Shown one piece after another: positions 9,948 to 18,839 of a stretch of 62,712 nucleotides of DNA. The notes below the pieces were generated by a model. That model saw only the letters and a program-made list of their open reading frames with translations, was not told the origin of the DNA and made no database searches. The position numbers and the translations under genes were made by a program. Source of the stretch: Acidimicrobiia bacterium (GTDB taxonomy: Bacteria; Actinomycetota; Acidimicrobiia; IMCC26256; JAENVU01); contig JANPBJ010000207.1 of the NCBI GenBank assembly GCA_031430375.1, positions 1 through 62,712 of the forward strand. The letters run 5' to 3'. Numbering within the stretch: position 1 is the first letter of the stretch; the number at the start of each line of letters is the position of its first letter.

Positions 9948-10933
9948 GTCTTGTACTCCTGTCGGAACCAGTCGGCGGTGGCTTCGAGTCCTGCGCGCAA
10001 CGGCGTATCCGGCTCGTACCCAAGATCAGCACGGGCTCGACTGATATCGGAGAACGCCCGCCGAATCTCACCTCGCCGTTCGGGTTCATTGACGACCGTG
10101 ACGTCCGCGTCGGCCATGACCTCTCCGAGCAATGCCATCAACTCGTTCACCGATGTTTCAATTCCGGTGCCCAGCTGATACAGCCCTGCGGTCGGACGAC
10201 GGACGATCGCCGCGATGACCGCGTCACACAGGTCGTCGACAAACAGGAAGTCGCGTGTTTGTGCGCCGTTGCCGTACACAATCAATGCCAGACCATCCAT
10301 GATGCGTTTGAGGCACAGGGCAACCACGCTGCCCTTGTGGTAGCTGTACGGCCCGTACACATTCGTGAACCGCAACGCGGTGGCAGAGATGCCGTACGAG
10401 CCGGAAAATGCCGAACACAGCCCTTCGCCGGCCAGCTTCGACGCGCCGTACGGCGAGAGTGGCTTCGGCGCCAAACCCTCGTGGCCAGGCGGCGGTGCTG
10501 ACCCCAGAGGTGCGCCAGAACTTGCGAATACAAACGCCCCGGCCCCAGCATCGCGCGCCGCGATCAGCCCGTTCAACGTGCCAAAGATGTTGACCTCGGC
10601 ATCGCCACGCGGATCTTCGACGGAATCGACAACGCCGGTCCGCGCCGCGAGATGCACGATCGCGTCCACGCCTCTGGCCGCGGCTGAGAGCGCATCGGCA
10701 TCGCGGACATCGCCTTCGATCAGATCGTGGTAACCGGCGGCCGCAGCGTCGGCGGCGCGACCGGTGACCAAGCTGTCGAATGCAACAATCCGTGCGCCGG
10801 ACGCCAACAGGCGGCGACCAAGGTTGACGCCAATGAATCCGGCACCTCCGGTGACCAGCACCGTCTGGCCGTCGAGCGGGTTGTTCCCCTGAGTTCCACC
10901 GGACACGATCGACCGAGTGTAACGATCGGCCAC
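9944..10933 (-). CDS. NAD-dependent sugar-nucleotide epimerase/dehydratase (SDR family)
   Basis: Rossmann motif VTGGAGFIG and catalytic YGASK. 329 aa, GTG start. Confidence 0.85.
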   Translation of the reverse strand: MADRYTRSIVSGGTQGNNPLDGQTVLVTGGAGFIGVNLGRRLLASGARIVAFDSLVTGRAADAAAAGYHDLIEGDVRDADALSAAARGVDAIVHLAARTGVVDSVEDPRGDAEVNIFGTLNGLIAARDAGAGAFVFASSGAPLGSAPPPGHEGLAPKPLSPYGASKLAGEGLCSAFSGSYGISATALRFTNVYGPYSYHKGSVVALCLKRIMDGLALIVYGNGAQTRDFLFVDDLCDAVIAAIVRRPTAGLYQLGTGIETSVNELMALLGEVMADADVTVVNEPERRGEIRRAFSDISRARADLGYEPDTPLRAGLEATADWFRQEYKT

Positions 10934-11007
10934 CCAAATCTGCGTTCTTCGTGGCCGGTCCAGATCCCAACCAGGTCAGCAACCTGGTCACCCAGCCAGA
11001 TCCCCGA

Positions 11008-12729
11008 TCAACGGCCGTTGAAGAGCGACCATGGGAACGACGACGTCGAAGGTGGAAGCAACACCGCAAGTTTGCCGATTCGTTCGACCTGGCCTTGAAG
11101 TTCAGTAGCGGATCTCGGGGTACTCACGGAGACGAACCACGGAACGATCGAGCCCGGCGTGCTGCGGTCCCCTGCGATGACCTGCAAATCCGGGAGCGAG
11201 TTGAGCGGCCTCGTCCGGAACGCTCGGCCACCCGGGGGCGACCCAGTCACCCAAACCACCTGTCCGTTCGGTACCTCGAAATGCGGGAGCGGCCCACCGG
11301 GAATCATGAAGTGGAGTCTGCGATGTATTCCTTGCCAATCGAGATAGTTCCTCACGGGTGTTCGCCACCGACGATCCACGGGGCCGACGACCACCACATC
11401 GTCGGCCGCAGTCTGTGCGATCACTACGGCCAGCTCGCGGTAATCAGTCTTCTCCGACCGGAAATAGACGCCAAGCGAGATCATCGACAGCACCGAGACC
11501 GTGGCGGCCACGGAGGTCATCACTGTGCCAGGGGCGGGCTTCTTGTTGGACCAGGGAACCCGGAGCCGGTTCGCTATCGCGACCGTTCCCATGGCCGCGA
11601 GCAACAACACGACGGGCAGCAAGAACTCGATTCGGCGCATCGCGAAGTACGTCTTGAGCACCCATGCCAACGGGACCAACGCCACCATGACCAAGACGCC
11701 GTATGCCGCGACTCCCACCGCGACCTTCTGAAGCACACCGCGAAGCAGCACGACCGAAGCCACCGCGAGACCGGTGAGACCCAGCGCGAGCAGTGTCCAA
11801 CGACCACCGTTCCCCAACAGCCAATGCGCGGTTCGCTTGAAGAGATCGAGGTCTAACGCAACATCGTTGACCACCTGTGGATTGAGGTTGTACGACCGCC
11901 CGCGCCAAAGATCTGGCACCCATCGAACGGCGCCCCACAGGAACCAAGGCCCGGCGAGCACCGCGGCCGTCACCAACCCCGCCAGCGCATTGCGTGTGAG
12001 TTCCGCCGATCCGGCCCCAACCGGAACCCGGCGCCCGCGGCGGATCGTCCACCCGATGACCGCGATTTGCATCACCATCACCAATGGGGCGAACGGGTGC
12101 GCCAACACCATGACACCAAGCGCACCGCCCCACCACAAGAACGCTCGACGTTGCCGACTCTGGAGAGCGCGCACCACGAGCCACCACGAGATGAGGTGCA
12201 GTGCGGAGAACGTGGTGTAGTAGCGGTTCTCTTGGGAATACCGGACTGCGAACGGTGCGACCGCCAAGAAGATTCCAGCCAGCAGCGCGACGTCACGACG
12301 ATCGGTCAGCCGACGCGCCACCAACACAATCCCCAAGACCTCGAGCGTCCCGAAGACCACCGCCGGGATCCGAGCTGCTGACTCGAACCCAATGGGAAGC
12401 ATCGTGGCCAGCCACACCGCGATGTAGTGGAGCGGCGGCTCGAACGGGCCGCCGCTCGTACGGAGGTCGCCGAGCATGTGCTCGGACCGAACCAACGAGA
12501 GCACGTTGATCTCGTCGACCCAGAAACTGTTCGCGCCGATTCGGAACAGCCGCAAACCCAGCGCCACGATGAGGATCGCGATGATTGCAAACTTGTAGTG
12601 CCGTGCTGAACGCAGATCACCCTGCGGCGCGCTCAACCGCGTGGGCTCAGCGCCAGCGGGTTGCAGGGTCAATCGCGCGCGGGTTGATCCGATCCTTGAA
12701 CCGCTCAACGGTGTGCAACACGGTTTCAA
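11008..12729 (-). CDS. GT-C glycosyltransferase, PMT_2/ArnT-like (family 39/83 type)
   Basis: The N-terminal TM helix is followed by SFWVDEINV, the W.DE motif of ArnT/PMT_2 enzymes, then ~12 TM segments and a C-terminal soluble domain. Start uncertain. ATG 12729 overlaps sqdB by 83 nt. In-frame TTG 12636 lies 10 nt after the sqdB stop. Confidence 0.75.
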   Translation of the reverse strand: MKPCCTPLSGSRIGSTRARLTLQPAGAEPTRLSAPQGDLRSARHYKFAIIAILIVALGLRLFRIGANSFWVDEINVLSLVRSEHMLGDLRTSGGPFEPPLHYIAVWLATMLPIGFESAARIPAVVFGTLEVLGIVLVARRLTDRRDVALLAGIFLAVAPFAVRYSQENRYYTTFSALHLISWWLVVRALQSRQRRAFLWWGGALGVMVLAHPFAPLVMVMQIAVIGWTIRRGRRVPVGAGSAELTRNALAGLVTAAVLAGPWFLWGAVRWVPDLWRGRSYNLNPQVVNDVALDLDLFKRTAHWLLGNGGRWTLLALGLTGLAVASVVLLRGVLQKVAVGVAAYGVLVMVALVPLAWVLKTYFAMRRIEFLLPVVLLLAAMGTVAIANRLRVPWSNKKPAPGTVMTSVAATVSVLSMISLGVYFRSEKTDYRELAVVIAQTAADDVVVVGPVDRRWRTPVRNYLDWQGIHRRLHFMIPGGPLPHFEVPNGQVVWVTGSPPGGRAFRTRPLNSLPDLQVIAGDRSTPGSIVPWFVSVSTPRSATELQGQVERIGKLAVLLPPSTSSFPWSLFNGR

Positions 12730-13795
12730 TCAGCTCGTCGGACAGCATCCGCGGTTTGAGACCGAGTTCCAGCAGACCCGTGTGCTTCGGGTTGTAGTAG
12801 TGGTCCTCCAACTCAAAGCGTGGGTTGTCCACATGCTCGAGTTGCGCGTTGTACCCGAGATGACGAGCCGCCGTGACCACTTCATCCGCGAGTTGGTTGA
12901 CGGAGAAGAGCTCGGTGAACTGGTTGAACACTCGCATCTCGCCCTGGGCCGCGGGAGTGCGGGTCGCGAGCTCGATGCACTGCACGGTGTCGCGGATGTT
13001 GAGGTATCCACGGGTCTGGTTGCCCTTGCCGTACACAGTGATCGGGTGGCCGATCACGGCCTGTACGCAGAAGCGGTTCAGCGCGGTCCCAAAGATCTCG
13101 TCGTAGTCGAACCGGGTGAGCAGACGATCGTCGATCTCGGTGTCGTCGGTGTGAATGCCATACACGACGCCCTGGTTCAGGTCGGTGGCACGTAGCCCCC
13201 AGACCCGGCAGGCGAAGTGAATGTTGTGAGAATCATGCACCTTGGAGAGGTGATAGAAGCTGCCAGGGAGTTTCGGGAACGGGAGCCGATCGGTCCGACC
13301 ATTGTGCTCGAGTTCGAGGTAGCCCTCCTCGATATCGATGTTCGGCGTGCCGTATTCACCCATGGTGCCGAGCTTCACGAGGTGTGCGTCCGGCACAACT
13401 TCGCGCATCGCCCAGATCACGTTCATGCAGCCCTCAACATTGTTGCGCTGCGTTTCCCACGCGTGGTCGCGGTCGATCATCGAATAGGGCGCGGATGGAA
13501 TTTCTCCGTAGTGCACGATCGTGTCAGGGCGGAAACTCGCGAACACCGCGAGGAGTCCCTTGTAGTCGCAGATGTCAAGGACGTGAGATTCGATTCGCTT
13601 GCCCGAGACCTGCTCCCACGCCGTCACTCGATCCTGCAGCGGTGCGATGGGAGTCAGGCTGTCAGTTCCTCGTTCGAGGTGTCCCCGCCGACGCGTGAAG
13701 TCGTCGACAATCGCTACGTCGTCGCCGAGGCGCGAAAAGTGCATCGCCGTCGGCCAACCGAGATAGCCATCGCCGCCAAGAATCAGGATCCGCAC
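12647..13795 (-). CDS. sqdB: UDP-sulfoquinovose synthase (SQD1/SqdB)
   Basis: Long blocks match plant SQD1 and cyanobacterial SqdB as I recall them: LGGDGY.GW, SAPYSMIDR, KLGTMGEYGTPNIDIEEGY, SFYHLSKVHDSHNI, RATDLNQGVVYG, FGTALNRFCVQA, TVYGKG.QTRGYL.IRDTVQC. Preferred start is GTG 13795 (MRILILGGDGY...), preceded by ACGGAGG at 5-nt spacing. The ORF track starts at TTG 13846. Confidence 0.9.
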   Translation of the reverse strand: MRILILGGDGYLGWPTAMHFSRLGDDVAIVDDFTRRRGHLERGTDSLTPIAPLQDRVTAWEQVSGKRIESHVLDICDYKGLLAVFASFRPDTIVHYGEIPSAPYSMIDRDHAWETQRNNVEGCMNVIWAMREVVPDAHLVKLGTMGEYGTPNIDIEEGYLELEHNGRTDRLPFPKLPGSFYHLSKVHDSHNIHFACRVWGLRATDLNQGVVYGIHTDDTEIDDRLLTRFDYDEIFGTALNRFCVQAVIGHPITVYGKGNQTRGYLNIRDTVQCIELATRTPAAQGEMRVFNQFTELFSVNQLADEVVTAARHLGYNAQLEHVDNPRFELEDHYYNPKHTGLLELGLKPRMLSDELIETVLHTVERFKDRINPRAIDPATRWR

Positions 13796-13891
13796 ACTGA
13801 CCTCCGTTTGTCCACCGTATGTGTGCGACATCGACACGCGCTGCAAGGTTGTTACCGCTGCGCGTTGCCCGCCGCTTGATGCCGTTGGAGG

Positions 13892-15199
13892 CTAATAGTC
13901 GCGTGGCGCGCGATCGGGGACCCGGTCGAAACCTTTTGCCGACTGCAATGGGCCACGGACGAGGAGTCCCATCACCAGCGCGGACGTGGCCGCACCCGCC
14001 AGGAAACCAACTTCGACACGGGTGAGCACATCATCACCCAACACCACACAGAGCGCGAGAACCACCACTCCACTGGCCCACGCATAGCTCACCCGATTCG
14101 GACATTCCAGGGCAACCAGGGCAGATCCGAACGTAACGGCAAGCAAATATAGGCATGACCCCGCCGCGAGGAATGCGAAATCCCGCGCACCCAACGCGAA
14201 GCCGGGGCCCCAACCCAGCTCGACCACCGTGGGACCAAGCGCGGCGGCGCCGAGCGTCGCCACAACCACAAGGACCGCGAGCGCGCGCGCCAATGCTCCG
14301 GTCTCATCGGCGAGCGACACCGCCCGGCCGCCGCCCGCGTGATGCGACAATCTCGGCACCAGCGCTGCCTGCGCGGCCTGGAACAGAAACACCGGCACCC
14401 GGGCCACGAGCAGGCATGCCACGAACGCACTCGTGAGCGCGGCATTGCGCGGAGCGAGCAAGCGCACGAACACGGGCGCGAGATTCACGAGGGCCTGTGC
14501 GAACACCGACGCGGCCAACAACCACCCGAGCGAGCGCGTTAACTCACGCCACGGCGCCGGCGGGCCGGGTGCCGCCAATACCGCTCGATCACCGCGCGAT
14601 AGGCCCACCACGATTCCGACGTACGGAGCGATCGCGAGGACGATTCCATAGGGCCCGGCTTGTTCAACTCCCACGAACGCCAGAACCACGACCGCGATCA
14701 ATCGGCTCGCCGACTCGGCACCGAGGAGTCGACCATAGGCACCGAAGCGTGCTTCTCCGGCGAGCAGGCCTCGAACCAGGAACTCGGCCACGGTGCCGAC
14801 GAAGAGTCCGACGAAGGCGACCAACAGCACCCAGTCATTCCCGAAGAGCCTTCGGGTCAATACTGAGCCAAACGCCAGGATGAGCACCACGATCAGCGCG
14901 GTGAAACCGGCGGAGGCGATCGCGGCGCGGCGAACGACCGGGCCCACCCCGAGCGATTGGGCCCGGCGACTGGCGATGGCGCGTGCCACCTCCTGTTCCA
15001 CCGGAAGTCCTGCCGCATTTCCCAGGAGGAATCCCACCACCCACAGCGTGGACAGGCCCGAAGATTCCTGCGCTCCGAGAGCACGACCCGTGGTGGCGAG
15101 GAAGAGGTAGGTGAGCACACCGCTGACGGCGACCCATGCGCCGACGGTGCCGGTACCTTGGGGGAGCACGCTGGCGGCGCGGCGCGCTCGGCCTGCCAT
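13892..15199 (-). CDS. Polytopic membrane protein, MOP-superfamily (Wzx/MurJ-like) flippase candidate
   Basis: Real start is ATG 15199 (MAGRARRAAS...). The ORF-track extension to 15838 is antisense to metH. About 12 TM segments. It carries an R-V-P-x-F-L-F-Q-A-x-Q-A-x-L-x-P motif resembling the MurJ/Wzx C-terminal half. Paralogous to 28450..29790. Confidence 0.6.
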   Translation of the reverse strand: MAGRARRAASVLPQGTGTVGAWVAVSGVLTYLFLATTGRALGAQESSGLSTLWVVGFLLGNAAGLPVEQEVARAIASRRAQSLGVGPVVRRAAIASAGFTALIVVLILAFGSVLTRRLFGNDWVLLVAFVGLFVGTVAEFLVRGLLAGEARFGAYGRLLGAESASRLIAVVVLAFVGVEQAGPYGIVLAIAPYVGIVVGLSRGDRAVLAAPGPPAPWRELTRSLGWLLAASVFAQALVNLAPVFVRLLAPRNAALTSAFVACLLVARVPVFLFQAAQAALVPRLSHHAGGGRAVSLADETGALARALAVLVVVATLGAAALGPTVVELGWGPGFALGARDFAFLAAGSCLYLLAVTFGSALVALECPNRVSYAWASGVVVLALCVVLGDDVLTRVEVGFLAGAATSALVMGLLVRGPLQSAKGFDRVPDRAPRDY

Positions 15200-15340
15200 T
15201 CCAGGGCTACCCACGACATTCAACCCAGTCGGCGACCGCTCCCCTGGCCAGGTTCGGGTCCATGCATCGACGGTACCCGAGACTTGTCGGCAATTACGCG
15301 AAGGGGCAGAAGAGACCGACCCAGTAGCCTCTTGGGCTTC

Positions 15341-18300
15341 ATGTCGGACTTTCTCACTGCCCTCGACGAACGCGTCCTGATCCTCGACGGGGCTTTTGGC
15401 ACCTGGGTGCAGGGCCAAGACCTCGGTCCCGATGATTTTGGCGGTGACGAGCTCGAAGGTTGCAACGAGCATCTCGTCGTCACGCGACCCGACCTGATCC
15501 GCCAGATGCATTCCGAATACTTCGCGGTCGGGGTCGACGCGGTCGAAACCGCCACGTTTGGTTCGTTCGCGTTGGTGCTGAATGAATACGGCATCGCGGA
15601 GAAGTCCTACGAGATGAACGTGCTCGCGGCGCGCCTCGCCAAGGAAGCGGCCGAGGAGTACAGCACACCGGCGCGACCACGGTGGGTTGTCGGTTCGATG
15701 GGTCCCGGGACGCGGCTCCCTTCCCTCGGAGCGATCACCTTCGACGCGCTGCGTGACGACTACCAAGAGCAAGCGGCCGGGCTCCTGGAGGGTGGCGCGG
15801 ACGTGCTGCTGATCGAGACGGTCTATGACCTGCTCCAAGCCAAGGCCGCGCTGATCGCGTGTCGCCGCGCGATGGCCGACGCGGGCCGTGAACTACCGCT
15901 CATCGTGCAGGTCACGATGGAGACCACCGGCCGCATGCTCGTCGGTTCCGAAATCGGCGCCGCGCTCACCACCCTCGAAGCCATGCGTCCGGATGTCATC
16001 GGGCTCAACTGCGCGACGGGCCCGAACGAGATGACTGAGCACCTGCGCTACCTGGCGCAGCACTCTCGAACGCGGCTGTCGTGCCTGCCGAATGCGGGCC
16101 TCCCCTCAGTCGTGAACGGCCATACGCACTACGACCTCACCCCCGACCTACTCGCCGATGCTCACGAGCGGTTCGTGACCGAGTTCGGCATCAACCTCGT
16201 GGGCGGGTGCTGCGGCACCACGCCAGAGCACCTCGCGGCGGTCGTAGCTCGGCTGGGCCACGACCGCGTTCCCGTGCCACGCTCCCCGGAGTTCGAGCCG
16301 GGCTGCTCCAGCATCTACAGCCATGTTCCGTATTACCAGGAACTCGCGTACCTGGCGGTGGGCGAGCGCACCAACGCGGTCGGATCGAGGAAGTTCCGCG
16401 ACGCGATGCTTGCTGAGGACTGGGACATGTGCGTGCAGATGGCGCGCGAACAAGTAAAGGAAGGCGCGCACGTCCTCGACGTGTGCGTGGACTACGTGGG
16501 CCACGACGGCACCGTCGACATGGAACAAATCGCGAGCCGTTTCGCGACCCAGGCCGCGCTTCCCCTCGTGTTCGACTCCACCGAGCCCCCGGTGATGGAG
16601 ACCGGACTCAAGCACTCCGGGGGGAAATCGATTCTCAACTCGGCCAACCTCGAGGATGGCGAGCACGAGGGATCTCGTCTGGACCGCGTGTTTACCTTGG
16701 CGCGCGAATACGGCTCAGCTGTCATTTGTCTGGCGATCGACGAAGAAGGTCAGGCGCGTGACGCCGATTGGAAGTTGCGCGTCTGCAAGCGCATCTATGA
16801 CCTCGCCACCGAGAAGTACGGCATCGACCCAACCGATCTGATCTTCGACATGCTCACCTTCCCTCTGGGGTCGGGGCAGGACGAACTTCGTCACGATGGC
16901 ATCGAGACCATCGAGGCGATCCGCCGGGTGAAGGCGGAACTTCCCGGGTCATCCACCATCCTCGGACTCTCCAATGTGAGCTTCGGACTCAAGCCCGCGA
17001 TCCGCCATGTACTCAACAGCGTGTTCCTGCACGAGTGTCGTGAGGCTGGTCTCGACGCCGCCATCGCGCATGCGGCGCGCATCATTCCGATGCACAAGAT
17101 CGACGACCGCGCCCGTGAAGTCGCGCTCGACCTGATCTACGACCGCCGGACCGACGACTACGACCCGCTCCACGTACTTCTCGGCCTCTTCGAAGGCGTG
17201 GAGGCTGGCGCCGTCGAGCGCGAAGACCGATCGGGTTGGCCCGTCGAAGAGCGGCTGAAGCACCGGATCATCGATGGCGAACGCGACGGCATCGAAGCCG
17301 AACTCGAAGAAGCCCGCCTCGGTGGCCGCGAACCGTTGTCGATCATCAACGACGTGCTCCTCGAGGGCATGAAGGTGGTCGGCGACCTTTTCGGGCGCGG
17401 CGAGATGCAGTTGCCGTTCGTCCTGCAGAGCGCGGAAACGATGAAGACGGCGGTGGCACACCTCGAGCCGTACCTGGAGAGAAGCGACAGCGGTGGCAAG
17501 GGCGTGGTGGTCATCGGCACCGTCAAAGGTGACGTGCACGACATCGGCAAGAACCTCGTCGACATCATTCTCACCAACAACGGCTACCAAGTGCACAACA
17601 TCGGGATCAAGGCTCCGCTCCAAACCTTCGTCGACAAAGCCAAGGAGGTCGGGGCCGACGCGATCGGGATGAGCGGGCTCCTCGTGAAGTCCACCATCAT
17701 CATGCGCGAAAATCTGCTCGAAATGAACGCACTCGGACTCGCCGAAGTTCCAGTCATGCTCGGCGGCGCCGCGCTCACCCGCAACTACGTCGAGGTCGAT
17801 CTCCGCGAGGTCTACGACGGCAAGCTCTTTTACGGCAAGGATGCGTTCGAGGGTCTGCACACGATGGACACCCTCATGGAATCGAAACGCACCGGTGTGA
17901 TCGATCCCGCGTTCGGTCGTGCGCCCGGCGGTCGCAAGCTCCCACCGCGCAAGTCCCAACAGGTGGTGGAACCCGTCGACGTTCCGGCGCGGTCCGATGT
18001 TGCCGCCGATGTTCCCGTGTTCAAGCCCCCGTTCCTCGGTCCGCGCATCGCGAAAGGCGTATCCCTCGACGAGATCGCCGGGTTCATCAACGAGACCGCG
18101 CTGTTCCGCAACCAGTGGCAGTTCCGCCCCGAAAGCGGAGAGTCCGATGCCGAGTTCAAGACCCGGATTCGGCCGACATTGCGCGCCGAACTCGACAGTG
18201 CAAAATCGGCGGGCTGGCTGGTGCCAGCGGTCGCGTGGGGCTATTTCCCGGTGAATGCCGAGGGCGATGACCTCGTGGTCTGGAACGACGACGATCGGCG

Positions 18301-18802
18301 CACCGAACGGTGCCGCTTCAACTTCCCCCGCCAGCAGAAGGACCGGTTTCTCTGCATCTCCGACTTCTTCCGCGGCGTCGAGTCGGGGGATGCCGATTAC
18401 GCCGCGTTCCATGTCGTCACGGTTGGATCGGCAGCCAGCGAACGCGAGCGTGAACTCTTCGCGGAAAACCGATACCAGGAGTACCTGCTCACCCACGGCC
18501 TTTCCGTGGAGATGACCGAAGCGCTCGCCGAGCTGTGGCATCGCCGCATCCGCGAAGAATGGGGCTACGTCGGGGAAGACGGACCAAACCTCGCGGGCCT
18601 CTTCCGTCAGAAGTATCGCGGGGGACGCTATTCATGGGGCTACCCGGCGTGCCCCGATCTCGACGACCAAGCAAAGCTGGTAGAGATCCTCGAGGTCGAC
18701 AAGATTGGCGTTGTCCTCACCGACGAGTTCCAGCTCGAACCCGAGCAGACCACCAGCGCCATCATCGTCGCGCACCCTGAGGCGAAGTACTTCGTGATCT
18801 AG
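15341..18802 (+). CDS. metH: Cobalamin-dependent methionine synthase
   Basis: 1153 aa from ATG 15341 (MSDFLTALDERVLILDGAFGT). Contains the Hcy-binding, pterin-binding, B12-binding (GDVHDIGKN) and AdoMet activation domains. The upstream ORF extension is antisense to the flippase gene. Confidence 0.97.
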   Translation: MSDFLTALDERVLILDGAFGTWVQGQDLGPDDFGGDELEGCNEHLVVTRPDLIRQMHSEYFAVGVDAVETATFGSFALVLNEYGIAEKSYEMNVLAARLAKEAAEEYSTPARPRWVVGSMGPGTRLPSLGAITFDALRDDYQEQAAGLLEGGADVLLIETVYDLLQAKAALIACRRAMADAGRELPLIVQVTMETTGRMLVGSEIGAALTTLEAMRPDVIGLNCATGPNEMTEHLRYLAQHSRTRLSCLPNAGLPSVVNGHTHYDLTPDLLADAHERFVTEFGINLVGGCCGTTPEHLAAVVARLGHDRVPVPRSPEFEPGCSSIYSHVPYYQELAYLAVGERTNAVGSRKFRDAMLAEDWDMCVQMAREQVKEGAHVLDVCVDYVGHDGTVDMEQIASRFATQAALPLVFDSTEPPVMETGLKHSGGKSILNSANLEDGEHEGSRLDRVFTLAREYGSAVICLAIDEEGQARDADWKLRVCKRIYDLATEKYGIDPTDLIFDMLTFPLGSGQDELRHDGIETIEAIRRVKAELPGSSTILGLSNVSFGLKPAIRHVLNSVFLHECREAGLDAAIAHAARIIPMHKIDDRAREVALDLIYDRRTDDYDPLHVLLGLFEGVEAGAVEREDRSGWPVEERLKHRIIDGERDGIEAELEEARLGGREPLSIINDVLLEGMKVVGDLFGRGEMQLPFVLQSAETMKTAVAHLEPYLERSDSGGKGVVVIGTVKGDVHDIGKNLVDIILTNNGYQVHNIGIKAPLQTFVDKAKEVGADAIGMSGLLVKSTIIMRENLLEMNALGLAEVPVMLGGAALTRNYVEVDLREVYDGKLFYGKDAFEGLHTMDTLMESKRTGVIDPAFGRAPGGRKLPPRKSQQVVEPVDVPARSDVAADVPVFKPPFLGPRIAKGVSLDEIAGFINETALFRNQWQFRPESGESDAEFKTRIRPTLRAELDSAKSAGWLVPAVAWGYFPVNAEGDDLVVWNDDDRRTERCRFNFPRQQKDRFLCISDFFRGVESGDADYAAFHVVTVGSAASERERELFAENRYQEYLLTHGLSVEMTEALAELWHRRIREEWGYVGEDGPNLAGLFRQKYRGGRYSWGYPACPDLDDQAKLVEILEVDKIGVVLTDEFQLEPEQTTSAIIVAHPEAKYFVI

Positions 18803-18839
18803 TGGCCGCTCGAGCAGCCGGGCGTCGTCTCGCCGATCG

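Noticed and set aside
15200-15838. N-terminal 213-aa extension of the flippase ORF, and likewise 14957-15340 of the metH ORF
   Set aside because: Each of these two long extensions overlaps the other gene's real coding region on the opposite strand. The family-typical N-termini begin at 15199 and 15341.
16949-18541. 530-aa ORF on the minus strand inside metH
   Set aside because: It is antisense to a clear, full-length metH gene. It has no recognisable motifs and an Arg/Gly/Ala/His-rich composition typical of shadow ORFs in high-GC DNA.
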